From: Candidatus Kapaibacterium sp.
GTDB lineage: Bacteria; Bacteroidota; Ignavibacteria; Kapaibacteriales; UBA2268
Direction of reading: 5' to 3'
DNA: 64,000 nt
NCBI GenBank assembly: GCA_963664875.1
Contig: OY761611.1
Span: forward strand, 2,112,001 to 2,176,000
Shown here: piece by piece, positions 9,950 to 19,874 of the stretch
Numbering within the stretch: the first letter of the stretch is position 1
Layout: every line of letters starts with the position of its first letter
Position numbers and translations under genes: made by a program
Notes under the pieces: model-generated
The model's database searches: none
Seen by the model: only the letters and a program-made list of their open reading frames with translations
What the model was told of the DNA's origin: nothing

Positions 9950-12900
9950 ATGAAAAATTATATTCTTTTATTTTTGCTGGGTTTTGCTTCAATTGTTTCA
10001 GCTCAAGACATGTTTTCTCCTAATGTACTGCTTGTTTATGATTCTATACCCATTCCCAATGCGATGCCAGACCGATTTGTTCTTGGATGGCAATGGGGTG
10101 GGCACCCCGCATTATCACATCCAATGGGGATGAGTTATCACCTTGGAGGTGGTTTAGAATCTTATGCTGAAGGTTTAGATACTTCTATTCAAAAAAAGAC
10201 GTTTAACTATATATATGATGATAAGAGCATTACGTCATATTATGCTCAGGCATATCAGTTTGAACCTACAATTGAAGGAGAAGATTTTGTAAAAGACTAT
10301 GGTGATGACTTTAGAGCAGTAACAGGATTTAAACAAGTTGATAGTCGAGCTGTTAAAAATGATACTTTAGGAAGTGAAAATTATGGCAGATTGGAATTGT
10401 GGAAATCAAGATTTACTTCTCCAACAGAGGTTCTTTCAGAGCCAAATATGCCACATCCACTATATTTTGTTTCATATCCTCGGCAACAAGGTTTAGATGG
10501 AAAGCTTTATTCCGATGGTAGATTTTGGTATTTCACTATCAATTTACGTAGAATCAATGATAATACAAATGGTAGCGATACTATTTTGAAAATTTCTTTG
10601 CCCTATAATCTAAAATCAGGAACTACTGGTACGATTTACTTTGATTCTATTCCTGATAAACAAAATCAAATAAGTATTGACTATGGAAATGGTTCCGGAA
10701 GAGGTGTCGCATTGACGTGTAAAGGTATTCAATCTTATCAAGATACCGTATATATTACAAAAGATATGCTTCCCAAATCTTCTGATACAGAACAAGATAT
10801 TACTATTTCTGCCTTCTTTATATGTGAATACTCTTTCCCGATAGATCCACTATTGAATAGAGCATTAAAAGGAAGAGGGATTCAGGATTCTTCTGAAATC
10901 ACTAAAATTGAAATAGACATAGAATATACCCCAAACTGCGACATAGCTATAGATTACATCAGATTAGAAACTCCAAGAGCACAGATGATGTTCAGAGGTT
11001 ATTCAGACTTGCATGATTTCAATTATGGATGTGCTTTGCTTGAAACTGATTATAACAATTTTAAATTACAATTTTTGGAAGATTCTTTATATACAAGACT
11101 GAATACTTTATCAAATCCGATTATTTCTCTACAGAAAGCAATAAATAGGACATGGGACGCAGTCACTAATGCAGAAGATAACCAATTCTTTAGAATTTAC
11201 AGTTATGAAGAAGTAGGTATGGAGCATTGGCTTGCAAACAGATACCTAAATAAAATCTTTAACAATTCAGTTTGTACAGAAACAAATCTTGAATATAACG
11301 AATATTACAGTTTTGTAGTAGAGCCGAACTTCAATTACTATGGAATGTTGCATAAGAACTCTAATGTTTCTGTTCCATATGCCAAAACTAAATATTTTTG
11401 GGCAAATAATTCAGATGCTTTGGCACTGCAATACGGTATTCAAAATGGTTACCTTGGGAACTACGAAACTGTTGATTTTAATCCTGGTGGTAGTTTTGAT
11501 AATAGTAAGGATTCTATAAATTCAGTATTCGAAACGTGGCTAACTGTCAGTAGAGGAGAAAATTCAGGGGTTAAATTTATAGAAGATGCAGAAGTTGATT
11601 GGAAAGTATTTGCTGAGCTGAATGATACAAGTGCAAATTCTGCATATACTCAGTATATGTATGAAGAGAGTATTTTGAGCTTCTACAATTCAACAGTACG
11701 AAGAAGTGTGCAAACCCATTGGGAAAGCATCCTTTATAGAAGTTATAAGTATCATAATTCGGGATATTTTTTGTTTGAAGATAAAGATTGGTGGGCTAAT
11801 ATTTGGCTCAGTCCTGGTTTTTCAAGCTATTTCTATAAAGGAAATAATACAGTAGGAAGTAGTTCTAAAACACGAATTTATTATGATGAGGGAGTATCTC
11901 AGGATTCTTGTGATTTATTTACCATTCGTACAAGAAGACCTTGGACGGGTGAAGAAATAAATTTGAAACTTTGGTCTGCCGTTTTGAAAGGTGCAAAGGG
12001 GATGATGTATGACAGAAGTTGGTATGCTCCAATTGAGGATATTAATATCGACAACCCCAAAGAAGAGTATGAAATTGATTTGGGAATTGCTTGCGGCTTG
12101 TATTCAGGTAATATTACAACTGATTTTGAAAAAGTGCTACAAAGTTCAGATCCATACGGTGGTGATTTCTTAGAATTTGATGCTGATGGAGACCCTTCAA
12201 ACTTAAATGCTTATGCTGACCCATCCGTAATAGAACACAATTTAGAAATACCAGGAGATAGGTTCTATCTTGGAAGGCTTTCAACAAGATTAGAAATGAA
12301 AAAAGTGCATGATTGGATCAATGCTTTAGAGGATGCTCATGTACAAGATGAGTCAAACCTCTCTTTGATGGCTTTGAAGTTGGTTTCTTATTACTCAAAA
12401 GGCTTCAGACCTTTTACAGTTACCGATCCTTCTTTAGACGAGAACATATTAAGCAATTTCGTAGATATAAGTAATATTACAACAAGACCTATAGGTAGAG
12501 TTTATCCAAATAGTTCAACTCCTTATTATGAAAACAGTAATTTAGTTTTCAACCCTGCTGACAGTAGTCAATCTGCGGTAGTGGATTCAGGTTTCTACGA
12601 TATTACTTTACACCGACTTAAAACCGATGATATTTATAATACTAATAAAGTATATTTAGGTGTTCAAAATAGAAGAACAGATCCACTTCTACATTTTACA
12701 GATGATGGTGCAAGTGGGATGGTATTTCTCACTACTGCTGAATTTGATACTTTTGTTCAGGACTCAGGAGAGTGCTATTTAAACAACAAAATGTATTCTG
12801 CTGACTTCTGGAAATCGAAATGGTGGAAACGTCTTGGATGTAGAGAGTTACGCATTCCAATAAACTACTTGGCAGACAACGATTCGACATACTTTAGCGG

Positions 12901-14761
12901 TAGATATTATGAGATTAAGGAATTGGGTTGCGATAATACCGAATTGAATTCCAAGTTTTGGAGACAGCCTGATTTATATCACATGATTGACACTGTTATA
13001 CAAGAAAACGAAGTGTTAAGTGCTCATTTTCTACCAGGTCAAGGCAAACTGATTGAAATCGAAGCAAAATATTTAGCTACGACACCTGATATGAGTGATA
13101 CATCATGTGTTACTTGCGAAGCTATAAACTCTGCACTCGAAGTATCGATTCAGGAAACTAATGATTATTGCTATTCAGTTACTATTATAAATAACTCTGC
13201 TTGTGATTTTATCGAACTCAATTTGATATTTCAAAACGAACGAGTTGAATCAGATCTAAATTACACATGCAATACACCTGAGTGGACATTTACTTGGAGT
13301 AACACAGAACCTAATATCTGTTATGGAACAGGTATGTTAAATTCAGGAGAAGTACTAAGTATTGATATATGTACAAATGATACAGAAGGGAACAATCTTA
13401 TTATCTATGCAGGTGCAATTATCAACGGAATAGAAATCAAATGTGATAATCCAATAGCAGAAGCATATACAACCGACTGTTGTTCATTCCTAAGCCCTGT
13501 TACCTTAGAAGAATCTGACATTGATTGTGATTCTACAGGCGGCTGTGCTTGGAAAGTGATGGCGGAAGTAAATCCTGACTCCACATGTTATACTTCATAC
13601 GGCATCAGAGCAGTCAAAGAAGATGGAACAACAGAAGATATAACTGAAGATTTAATCGGTGATGGTAGCATATATGCTGAATTTTGTTATTGTGGTGAAG
13701 AAGTCAATTTCGAATTCTACCTTAAAGACGAAAATGACAGTATTGCATGCGTTAAAGAATTAGTTGATACATGTAATTTATGTGACAAATACACTATCAA
13801 AGATGGTCTTCCTATTGATCCAAGACATCCTGAACAAGAACTATATTTATATACTCATATAGATGAACTTCAGGTAGCTTATCCACGAACTCACACTAAT
13901 GCTCTATGGTTCAAAACTATCGAATTGAATGAAATTGGATGTATGCTCGATAAAATCGAAATCGAAGAGTATGATATGTCAGGCAATTTACTTAAGATAA
14001 ATGATGTTTATATCAATGAATCATCTACAATTGCATATCCTGCTGATTTCCAAAGGGCACTTGATTCAAAATATCGAATTGTGTTCTATGACAAAGACGG
14101 TAATGTTCTCTGTTCTTATGAATTTGAAAGACATTGGGAGCTACTTCAGGATAATGACATTTTTGAACCTTCAGCTATGGCAATTCCTGTAGGAAATTTC
14201 TGTGAATATGGCATAGATGTAGAACAAAATCAAACACCTGTCGATCCGATTGACATTTATTATGTCATTGTTTCTGACATGGAGGCTCCGAGTATTGTAT
14301 TGCACTATGAGTTTAGAGACCCAAAATCTGCATCACCTTTTGATTTCAGCACCTCATACCATTTAACAGATTTGGTGAAACCTATAGACAGTACACTAAA
14401 AGTGGAAATCCACTATTACGATGCTAACTTCCAACCTGTTGAAGTAAGTGAACTAACATCTAGTTGTATGCAGATGAGAACTATGAGTTTTGCATCTCCG
14501 ATATTGTCGAGCATCTCAACTATGCCACACCCTGCCAATGACAAATTTTCGGTAGAATATACATTGCTTCAGTCGGCAAAAGTTGAGTTTGAGATAAGGA
14601 ATCAATACGGAACAGTACTATACTATAAAAATGAAGGGAATCAAAAATCAGGGGTAAATTACAAAGGGTTTGATACGAGCAGTTTCATTTCAGGTCAGTA
14701 TTATTTAGTGATACAGGCAGGAAGCGAAACAAAAGTAATTCCTTTTGTTGTAATTCACTAA
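9950..14761 (+). CDS. Large secreted protein with Cys-rich region and T9SS type A sorting domain
   Basis: Signal peptide; C-terminal PHPAND...IRNQYG...SGQYYLVI...FVVIH. Confidence 0.85.
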   Translation: MKNYILLFLLGFASIVSAQDMFSPNVLLVYDSIPIPNAMPDRFVLGWQWGGHPALSHPMGMSYHLGGGLESYAEGLDTSIQKKTFNYIYDDKSITSYYAQAYQFEPTIEGEDFVKDYGDDFRAVTGFKQVDSRAVKNDTLGSENYGRLELWKSRFTSPTEVLSEPNMPHPLYFVSYPRQQGLDGKLYSDGRFWYFTINLRRINDNTNGSDTILKISLPYNLKSGTTGTIYFDSIPDKQNQISIDYGNGSGRGVALTCKGIQSYQDTVYITKDMLPKSSDTEQDITISAFFICEYSFPIDPLLNRALKGRGIQDSSEITKIEIDIEYTPNCDIAIDYIRLETPRAQMMFRGYSDLHDFNYGCALLETDYNNFKLQFLEDSLYTRLNTLSNPIISLQKAINRTWDAVTNAEDNQFFRIYSYEEVGMEHWLANRYLNKIFNNSVCTETNLEYNEYYSFVVEPNFNYYGMLHKNSNVSVPYAKTKYFWANNSDALALQYGIQNGYLGNYETVDFNPGGSFDNSKDSINSVFETWLTVSRGENSGVKFIEDAEVDWKVFAELNDTSANSAYTQYMYEESILSFYNSTVRRSVQTHWESILYRSYKYHNSGYFLFEDKDWWANIWLSPGFSSYFYKGNNTVGSSSKTRIYYDEGVSQDSCDLFTIRTRRPWTGEEINLKLWSAVLKGAKGMMYDRSWYAPIEDINIDNPKEEYEIDLGIACGLYSGNITTDFEKVLQSSDPYGGDFLEFDADGDPSNLNAYADPSVIEHNLEIPGDRFYLGRLSTRLEMKKVHDWINALEDAHVQDESNLSLMALKLVSYYSKGFRPFTVTDPSLDENILSNFVDISNITTRPIGRVYPNSSTPYYENSNLVFNPADSSQSAVVDSGFYDITLHRLKTDDIYNTNKVYLGVQNRRTDPLLHFTDDGASGMVFLTTAEFDTFVQDSGECYLNNKMYSADFWKSKWWKRLGCRELRIPINYLADNDSTYFSGRYYEIKELGCDNTELNSKFWRQPDLYHMIDTVIQENEVLSAHFLPGQGKLIEIEAKYLATTPDMSDTSCVTCEAINSALEVSIQETNDYCYSVTIINNSACDFIELNLIFQNERVESDLNYTCNTPEWTFTWSNTEPNICYGTGMLNSGEVLSIDICTNDTEGNNLIIYAGAIINGIEIKCDNPIAEAYTTDCCSFLSPVTLEESDIDCDSTGGCAWKVMAEVNPDSTCYTSYGIRAVKEDGTTEDITEDLIGDGSIYAEFCYCGEEVNFEFYLKDENDSIACVKELVDTCNLCDKYTIKDGLPIDPRHPEQELYLYTHIDELQVAYPRTHTNALWFKTIELNEIGCMLDKIEIEEYDMSGNLLKINDVYINESSTIAYPADFQRALDSKYRIVFYDKDGNVLCSYEFERHWELLQDNDIFEPSAMAIPVGNFCEYGIDVEQNQTPVDPIDIYYVIVSDMEAPSIVLHYEFRDPKSASPFDFSTSYHLTDLVKPIDSTLKVEIHYYDANFQPVEVSELTSSCMQMRTMSFASPILSSISTMPHPANDKFSVEYTLLQSAKVEFEIRNQYGTVLYYKNEGNQKSGVNYKGFDTSSFISGQYYLVIQAGSETKVIPFVVIH

Positions 14762-14787
14762 TTCGCATTTCCATACCTCAATAAGTC

Positions 14788-14822
14788 GGGCTTATATCCT
14801 ACGGGAGTAAGCCCTTTTTTTT
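14788..14822 (+). terminator. Rho-independent terminator
   Basis: GGGCTTA...TAAGCCC stem followed by a T-run after the T9SS gene. Confidence 0.8.
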
Positions 14823-14986
14823 AGCTAAATCAGGTCATTCTTTATATTGTAAAGGATTTTGATTTTTCTCAGTTATATGCTGTAAATAATACCAATCTCT
14901 TATTTATTTTCATATGATTGATTTGCTTCTATTTTTTACACCTGAAAAAAACTTGCTTAGACCTGTCTTTTTGGGCTTCTTTTTAA

Positions 14987-16461
14987 CCCAAAAATGTCAT
15001 TAGCGATAATCTCTAATGACTGTCATTAGAAAAAAGAAGATATAACATGTTGATAAATAGTGCTTTAGCAGATATTAAAAAAAGTCTATATTAGGAAAAC
15101 AGATGTAAGAAAATCTTACGAAAAATATGGATGTAAAAATTGCTTTTACCGACAAAGAAATTACACCTTGGGCAGGTATTTCTTTGATGCAAAATATGCT
15201 AAAAAAAATGTCTTTTGATCAAATATTAAAAGATTTGGCGTTACCATCACAGGGTTCGAATAGAGGTTACAAACCAGAACAACTAATACAACACTTTTTA
15301 CTGGGTATTTGGTGCGGTGCAAGTTGCTTCGAACATTTAGAAGTAACAAGACATGACAAAGTCATCCAAAATTTGTTTGGATGGTCAAAAATGGCTGGAA
15401 GCAAAGCATTTCACAGATATTTTAATAAGTTTTCTCAGGCAACAAATCAACAGGTTTTTGATGAGCTTTACACTTGGTTCTTCAATAATTTTCAGTTTGA
15501 CAACTACACAATTGACTTTGATTCTACGGTGATAACTCGCTATGGAAATCAGCAGGGTGCTGCAAAAGGTTATAACCCTCGTAAACCGGGAAGGAATTCA
15601 CATCACCCTTTGCTTGCATTTGTCTCAGATTGCCGAATGATAGCCAATTGCTGGCTTCGGCCCGGCAATACCGGTGCATCAAGCAATTTTCTGAGTTTTT
15701 TGGAAGATACACTTTATAAGCTTGGTAATAAAAAAGCAGGTTTAATCCGTGCCGACAGCGGATTTTACTCAGACGAAATAATGAAATATCTCGAAAGTAC
15801 CAAACATAATTATATAATAGCAGCAAAGTTTTACAGACCTTTGAAAGTAAAAATTGCCAAACATACAAAATGGTGGCCTATAAGTAAAGGTTTAGAAATA
15901 GGCGAAACAAGCTACCAATCAGACAACTGGGATGAACCCCGCCGAGTTATAATGATAAGACAGTATGTTCCACAACGTCCTAAAGCAGTCGGAAAACAAT
16001 TGAGCTTTTTCGAAGGAGACATGCAATTCAAAGATTATCGCTACTCTTGTTTTGTAACAAATTTGGATTTGCCTGCACAAATAATATATGATATGTATCG
16101 TGGGAGAGCCGATTGCGAAAATAGAATCAAGGAGATAAAGTATGATTTTGGAGCAGAAAATTTCAATATGCGCAATTTTTGGGGTACAGAAGCAGCACTA
16201 AATTTTGTTATGATTGCCTATAATCTGATGAGTCTGTTTAGGCAAGCAGTTTTAAAAACTAAAAAGCAAAATTTTCTAAGCACACTCAGATATAAGACTT
16301 TTGCAATAGGCGGATATTTAATTAAAGATGGAAATTCTAAAATTTTGAAGTTATCTTTAGCAATGCAAAGGAGGCAATGGTTTAAGGGACTTTGGAGTTC
16401 GTCAACCTATATAAAATTGCCTCATGTGCTTTAATATGATATTTCTAATGACAAATTTGGG
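14987..16461 (+). mobile_element. IS1380-family insertion sequence
   Basis: Terminal IRs CCCAAAAATGTCATTAG / CTAATGACAAATTTGGG; 5-bp target duplication TTTAA (14982-14986 and 16462-16466). Confidence 0.85.
15127..16434 (+). CDS. IS1380-family DDE transposase
   Basis: TIDFDST, GYNP.KPGR.SHHPL, LRPGN, IRADSGF, YRGRADCENRIKE motifs. Confidence 0.9.
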   Translation: MDVKIAFTDKEITPWAGISLMQNMLKKMSFDQILKDLALPSQGSNRGYKPEQLIQHFLLGIWCGASCFEHLEVTRHDKVIQNLFGWSKMAGSKAFHRYFNKFSQATNQQVFDELYTWFFNNFQFDNYTIDFDSTVITRYGNQQGAAKGYNPRKPGRNSHHPLLAFVSDCRMIANCWLRPGNTGASSNFLSFLEDTLYKLGNKKAGLIRADSGFYSDEIMKYLESTKHNYIIAAKFYRPLKVKIAKHTKWWPISKGLEIGETSYQSDNWDEPRRVIMIRQYVPQRPKAVGKQLSFFEGDMQFKDYRYSCFVTNLDLPAQIIYDMYRGRADCENRIKEIKYDFGAENFNMRNFWGTEAALNFVMIAYNLMSLFRQAVLKTKKQNFLSTLRYKTFAIGGYLIKDGNSKILKLSLAMQRRQWFKGLWSSSTYIKLPHVL

Positions 16462-16870
16462 TTTAAAGTCTTCAAACTGTGACTCAAGATATTAAAATTG
16501 CTCATTTCAAGTTTCTCTGTTCTAAGATTATTGCTGACAGCTCTTCATCAGAAAGGTGTTGAATATCAGGGTAAGTAATTGTTGCTGATTGAGCCAAGGA
16601 AATATATTTTGACACGGTTTTGCGTGCAACTCCAAGAGAGTTTTCTATTTTACGCATGGAATGATGCTCGTGGTGCATTCTTAGAATTTGTCTGATATCT
16701 ATCAATGAAATACTTTTGTTAGTCATACACAATGCCCTCTACCTGTGACCATAATTATCAATTTAGAGGGACTCATTTTTTATGCCATGTTTGGTTTGGT
16801 GAAAAGTGGAGTTCTTTCACCGAAATATCAATAATATTCTAATTGGTCACCATGGGGCAGCAATCTTACA
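16462..16870 (-). pseudogene. istA: IS21-family istA N-terminal remnant with degenerate left end, interrupted by IS1380
   Basis: HTH-like MTNKSISLIDIRQILRM...LGVARKTVSKY...LSDEEL; premature stop; degenerate continuation ESQFEDFK|KE across the IS1380 junction; TGTAAGATTGC.. IS21-like end at 16870. Confidence 0.6.
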
Positions 16871-16902
16871 CCAATCGAACCAAATATTAGAAGTTTAAAA
16901 CC

Positions 16903-17526
16903 TCACGACTTCCTTTTAAATCCTTCACCAACATAAGTTCGGATTGGATTACCACGCTCCAAATCCCAATGATTTAGCCAACGATCCCTTTCGGCATCAG
17001 AATGATTTTTGTCGTCAATATGTTTAATAATACCATATAGTCGTGATACAGCAAGACTTTTATTCCTTAGTTGGGAGCGTTCTTCACTTGCTAAAACGGA
17101 TATATTCGAAGGGATATGAGTTGCTCTGACTGCTGTTTCCACCTTGTTAACATTTTGTCCACCCGGACCTGAAGAACGTGTAGTTTCAAATTTTATATCA
17201 TTCTCTGAAAATTCAGTTGGCTTTGGCATTGAAAGAACATTTACTCCTACATACCAATTCTTTCTTTTATGGTTTTTACGGTAAGGGCTTTGTCCTATCC
17301 AAAGAATAGTACCAGTCCATGATTCCAAGAATGATTTTAAATTATCACCTTCTATACTTAGGAGTGCTGATTTCAAAGTGCCTCGTTTCTGTCCACTGAC
17401 TTTTTCAAGTATATCTAACTTAAGTTTAAACCCCTCTGCTTCTTTAGTAATTTCATTAAGAACCTTATTTACCACCCAAGCACATTCTTCGGGACATCTA
17501 CCTGCAGTAAGTTGTAACCAATGCAA
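16903..17526 (-). CDS. prfH: Peptide chain release factor H
   Basis: N-terminal LQLTAGRCPEEC; RKNWYVGV; SGPGGQNVNKVETAVRATH; LERGNP; near rtcB. Confidence 0.92.
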   Translation of the reverse strand: MHWLQLTAGRCPEECAWVVNKVLNEITKEAEGFKLKLDILEKVSGQKRGTLKSALLSIEGDNLKSFLESWTGTILWIGQSPYRKNHKRKNWYVGVNVLSMPKPTEFSENDIKFETTRSSGPGGQNVNKVETAVRATHIPSNISVLASEERSQLRNKSLAVSRLYGIIKHIDDKNHSDAERDRWLNHWDLERGNPIRTYVGEGFKRKS

Positions 17527-17540
17527 ATTCTTATTTCCGT

Positions 17541-18191
17541 TTATTTATAATATTGATAAATAGTTTTGAAGTCAACCCATATAATCTTTATGCGTGAGAT
17601 TTCTTCAAATGACAGATGCTGATGATCATATAGTTCATGCAGCATAAATGTATGTATAAAGCTGTTTAAATCAGATTTGTCATCTGACAAATTTTTAAAT
17701 TCATTGTGATCGTAATTATTTGAATAATAGAATTTTTCAATATAATCTTCCAATTTATTAGAAGAATCATAGCTCAAACTGTCGGAGAAACGAGCTATAT
17801 AATTATCATCATCTTCTTTATAGGCAGGATCACCCTCACCTATAGAAAATTCAATTTCCCATTCAATTTCAAAATCTCGAACCCAATCATAATAATCATC
17901 AACTCTTGCCTTAGCGACTTTATACTGCCTATTTACTTCATCTTTGATAAGGACATTAATTTCGCGGAATCTTTCATTCAATTTCTTAACTGATTGCACA
18001 ATATCCTGCCATTTTTCATCGCTTTGTGTTTTTGTTATTCTATGAGCAAAGCTTATATCTTGATCGAGCTTTTTTATAATGCTACTAAATTGCTTGTATT
18101 TACTTTCTACAACTTTATTTACTGCATCAAATCCTCTTATTCTACGAAGAGTTGAGGGCATACTCAATACATTAAATTTCTCACTGAGCAC
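17541..18191 (-). CDS. Hypothetical protein between rtcB and prfH
   Basis: 216 aa ORF starting 2 nt after the rtcB stop; no family recognised. Confidence 0.7.
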   Translation of the reverse strand: MLSEKFNVLSMPSTLRRIRGFDAVNKVVESKYKQFSSIIKKLDQDISFAHRITKTQSDEKWQDIVQSVKKLNERFREINVLIKDEVNRQYKVAKARVDDYYDWVRDFEIEWEIEFSIGEGDPAYKEDDDNYIARFSDSLSYDSSNKLEDYIEKFYYSNNYDHNEFKNLSDDKSDLNSFIHTFMLHELYDHQHLSFEEISRIKIIWVDFKTIYQYYK

Positions 18192-18193
18192 AA

Positions 18194-19306
18194 CTATTTC
18201 CTTGTTTTATAAGTAATAATTGGTTTGAGCTGAGCCAGTACTTTTATTATTCCTGCATCAGCCAATGCTGCAATTATATGCTCAATATTCTTGTATGCCT
18301 GTGGTGCTTCTTCGTATAAGAGATTTTTATCTTCACAAATTACGGCACTTCCAATTTCGGTGAGTTGCATTTTATCAATTGTATATTTATCACCAAGGAT
18401 AGATTTAGCGTTTTTACGTTTCCACTTTCTACCCGAACCATGAGCAAGTGAAAAAAGATTTTGTTCCTGACCACCAATAGGTAGCACAAGGTAGCTATAT
18501 GTACCACGAGACCCTGCAATTACAACAGCACCAAGGTCTGAACGAGCCGCACCCTTTCTATGTAAGTAGTATTCTTGATGACCAACAGTTGTTTTAGCAA
18601 TACAGTTGTGTTCTACATCTAAAACCGTCTTTGAAAAACTACCTAACTGTTCTAAAAACCTTTCAGCAATCAGCTTTCTACTTAGTTTTGCCCAATGAAC
18701 CGCATTATCATGTTGCTGAAGATACTTAGTTGCCTCTTCAGATTCTATTTTGAGCCCAGTAGAAGTGTTTGTTTCTGCAAATTCTTGAAAAATTGCAGAT
18801 CCAAGGCTTCTTGAACCACTATGTACTAATAATACAAGATTCTTTGAATCAACTCCTAAATCTAAAAGAGCGTTTTCATCAAAAACCTTTTCAATAGATT
18901 GAAGCTCTGCAAAATGGTTTCCACCACCAATTGTACCAATAGAAGAATCATATGAGGTAGATTCAACACCTGCTTCTTCCATAATAGCATTTATATTCCC
19001 ATCATAAGAATCCTCTAAGCCTGATAGCTTTCTGACCCACTTATCTCTTTTGATTTTAGATTTCTTTAGGTCTGTTTGGAATAATGCCATTCCACATCCC
19101 ACATCATTGCCAATTAAATGCGGATAAATAATCTTTTGTGTTGCTATGGTAACTCCTACTGGTCCTGAATGGATGTCGGGAAGCCCAATAGCTTGTTGAA
19201 CACCTTCAAGTTCAGAAACAAGCTTAAGTTGTTCGATTGCTTCGCTTTCTACCCAATTTTTGTCATTAGTTATTAGCTTGATTTTGTTGTTTATTTCTTT
19301 GAACAT
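18194..19306 (-). CDS. rtcB: RtcB-family RNA ligase (PrfH-associated RtcB2 type)
   Basis: PDIH, GNDVGCG, GTIGGGNHFAE, VHSGSR, HN, HRKGA, SLAHGSGR, EEAPQAYK motifs; ~370 aa. Confidence 0.92.
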   Translation of the reverse strand: MFKEINNKIKLITNDKNWVESEAIEQLKLVSELEGVQQAIGLPDIHSGPVGVTIATQKIIYPHLIGNDVGCGMALFQTDLKKSKIKRDKWVRKLSGLEDSYDGNINAIMEEAGVESTSYDSSIGTIGGGNHFAELQSIEKVFDENALLDLGVDSKNLVLLVHSGSRSLGSAIFQEFAETNTSTGLKIESEEATKYLQQHDNAVHWAKLSRKLIAERFLEQLGSFSKTVLDVEHNCIAKTTVGHQEYYLHRKGAARSDLGAVVIAGSRGTYSYLVLPIGGQEQNLFSLAHGSGRKWKRKNAKSILGDKYTIDKMQLTEIGSAVICEDKNLLYEEAPQAYKNIEHIIAALADAGIIKVLAQLKPIITYKTRK

Positions 19307-19387
19307 AGATTTTCTTTTAAATTATAATTGCTGAAATATACTTCAATGAGTGTCAAATCTTGTCGTTGATGTATAGATTTGAGTTTG

Positions 19388-19624
19388 CTATTGTTTTTTT
19401 GCATATCCCCATGCTTCCCAAACTTTTTCCCTACCATAAGATTCAAAGCTATTAACAAGCTGCAACTCCTGAAGCACTTGTAAATCTCGTTCAACGCTTC
19501 TCTGAGCTACATCATCACCTGAAGAATCTAATTGTAGCAAGATTTCTCTTTTTGTCAGTTTTAGACCTTTTAGAAACATTTTAAGAATTGTCAAGGTTCG
19601 AAAGGTTTTGTTTGTCGATGCCAT
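19388..19624 (-). CDS. Small winged-HTH protein resembling the N-terminal HTH of WYL/DeoR-type regulators
   Basis: GGAGAG SD before ATG 19624; helix motif VAQRSVERDLQVL; paralog at 21448-21684. Confidence 0.7.
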   Translation of the reverse strand: MASTNKTFRTLTILKMFLKGLKLTKREILLQLDSSGDDVAQRSVERDLQVLQELQLVNSFESYGREKVWEAWGYAKKQ

Positions 19625-19650
19625 GATTTCTCTCTCCAAAATTTTACAAA

Positions 19651-19753
19651 TGGAGTATCAAGTAGCGGACTTTTTTTGCTTAAAAGCCGTATCCTTTTGC
19701 CACCGTGGCTACCTTGCTCGGTTGGCACACTACTTAAAGTGTTCTTGATACTA
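19651..19753 (-). ncRNA. Putative structured, tRNA/Y-RNA-like RNA at the head of the rtcB operon
   Basis: 9-bp closing stem AGTATCAAG/CTTGATACT followed by CCA; three internal hairpins; GC-richer than flanks; directly downstream of a promoter motif. Confidence 0.5.
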
Positions 19754-19760
19754 TTTCTAA

Positions 19761-19792
19761 ATAATACGTCAAAAATTGTAATTCGTTACAAT
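19761..19792 (-). promoter_or_regulatory. ECF-sigma-type promoter TGTAAC-N16-CGTATT
   Basis: Minus strand ATTGTAAC gaattacaatttttga CGTATTAT; same boxes and spacing at 21700-21731. Confidence 0.6.
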
Positions 19793-19874
19793 TTAATCTA
19801 CCGAAATAAGCACAACATCTCATCACTTTGTTAAAAGTGTTCACAAAGAAAAAATAAAATTTATCAAAATCGTT

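Noticed and set aside
19291-19494. 67-aa minus ORF overlapping the HTH gene and rtcB start
   Set aside because: Alternative frame overlapping better-supported genes.
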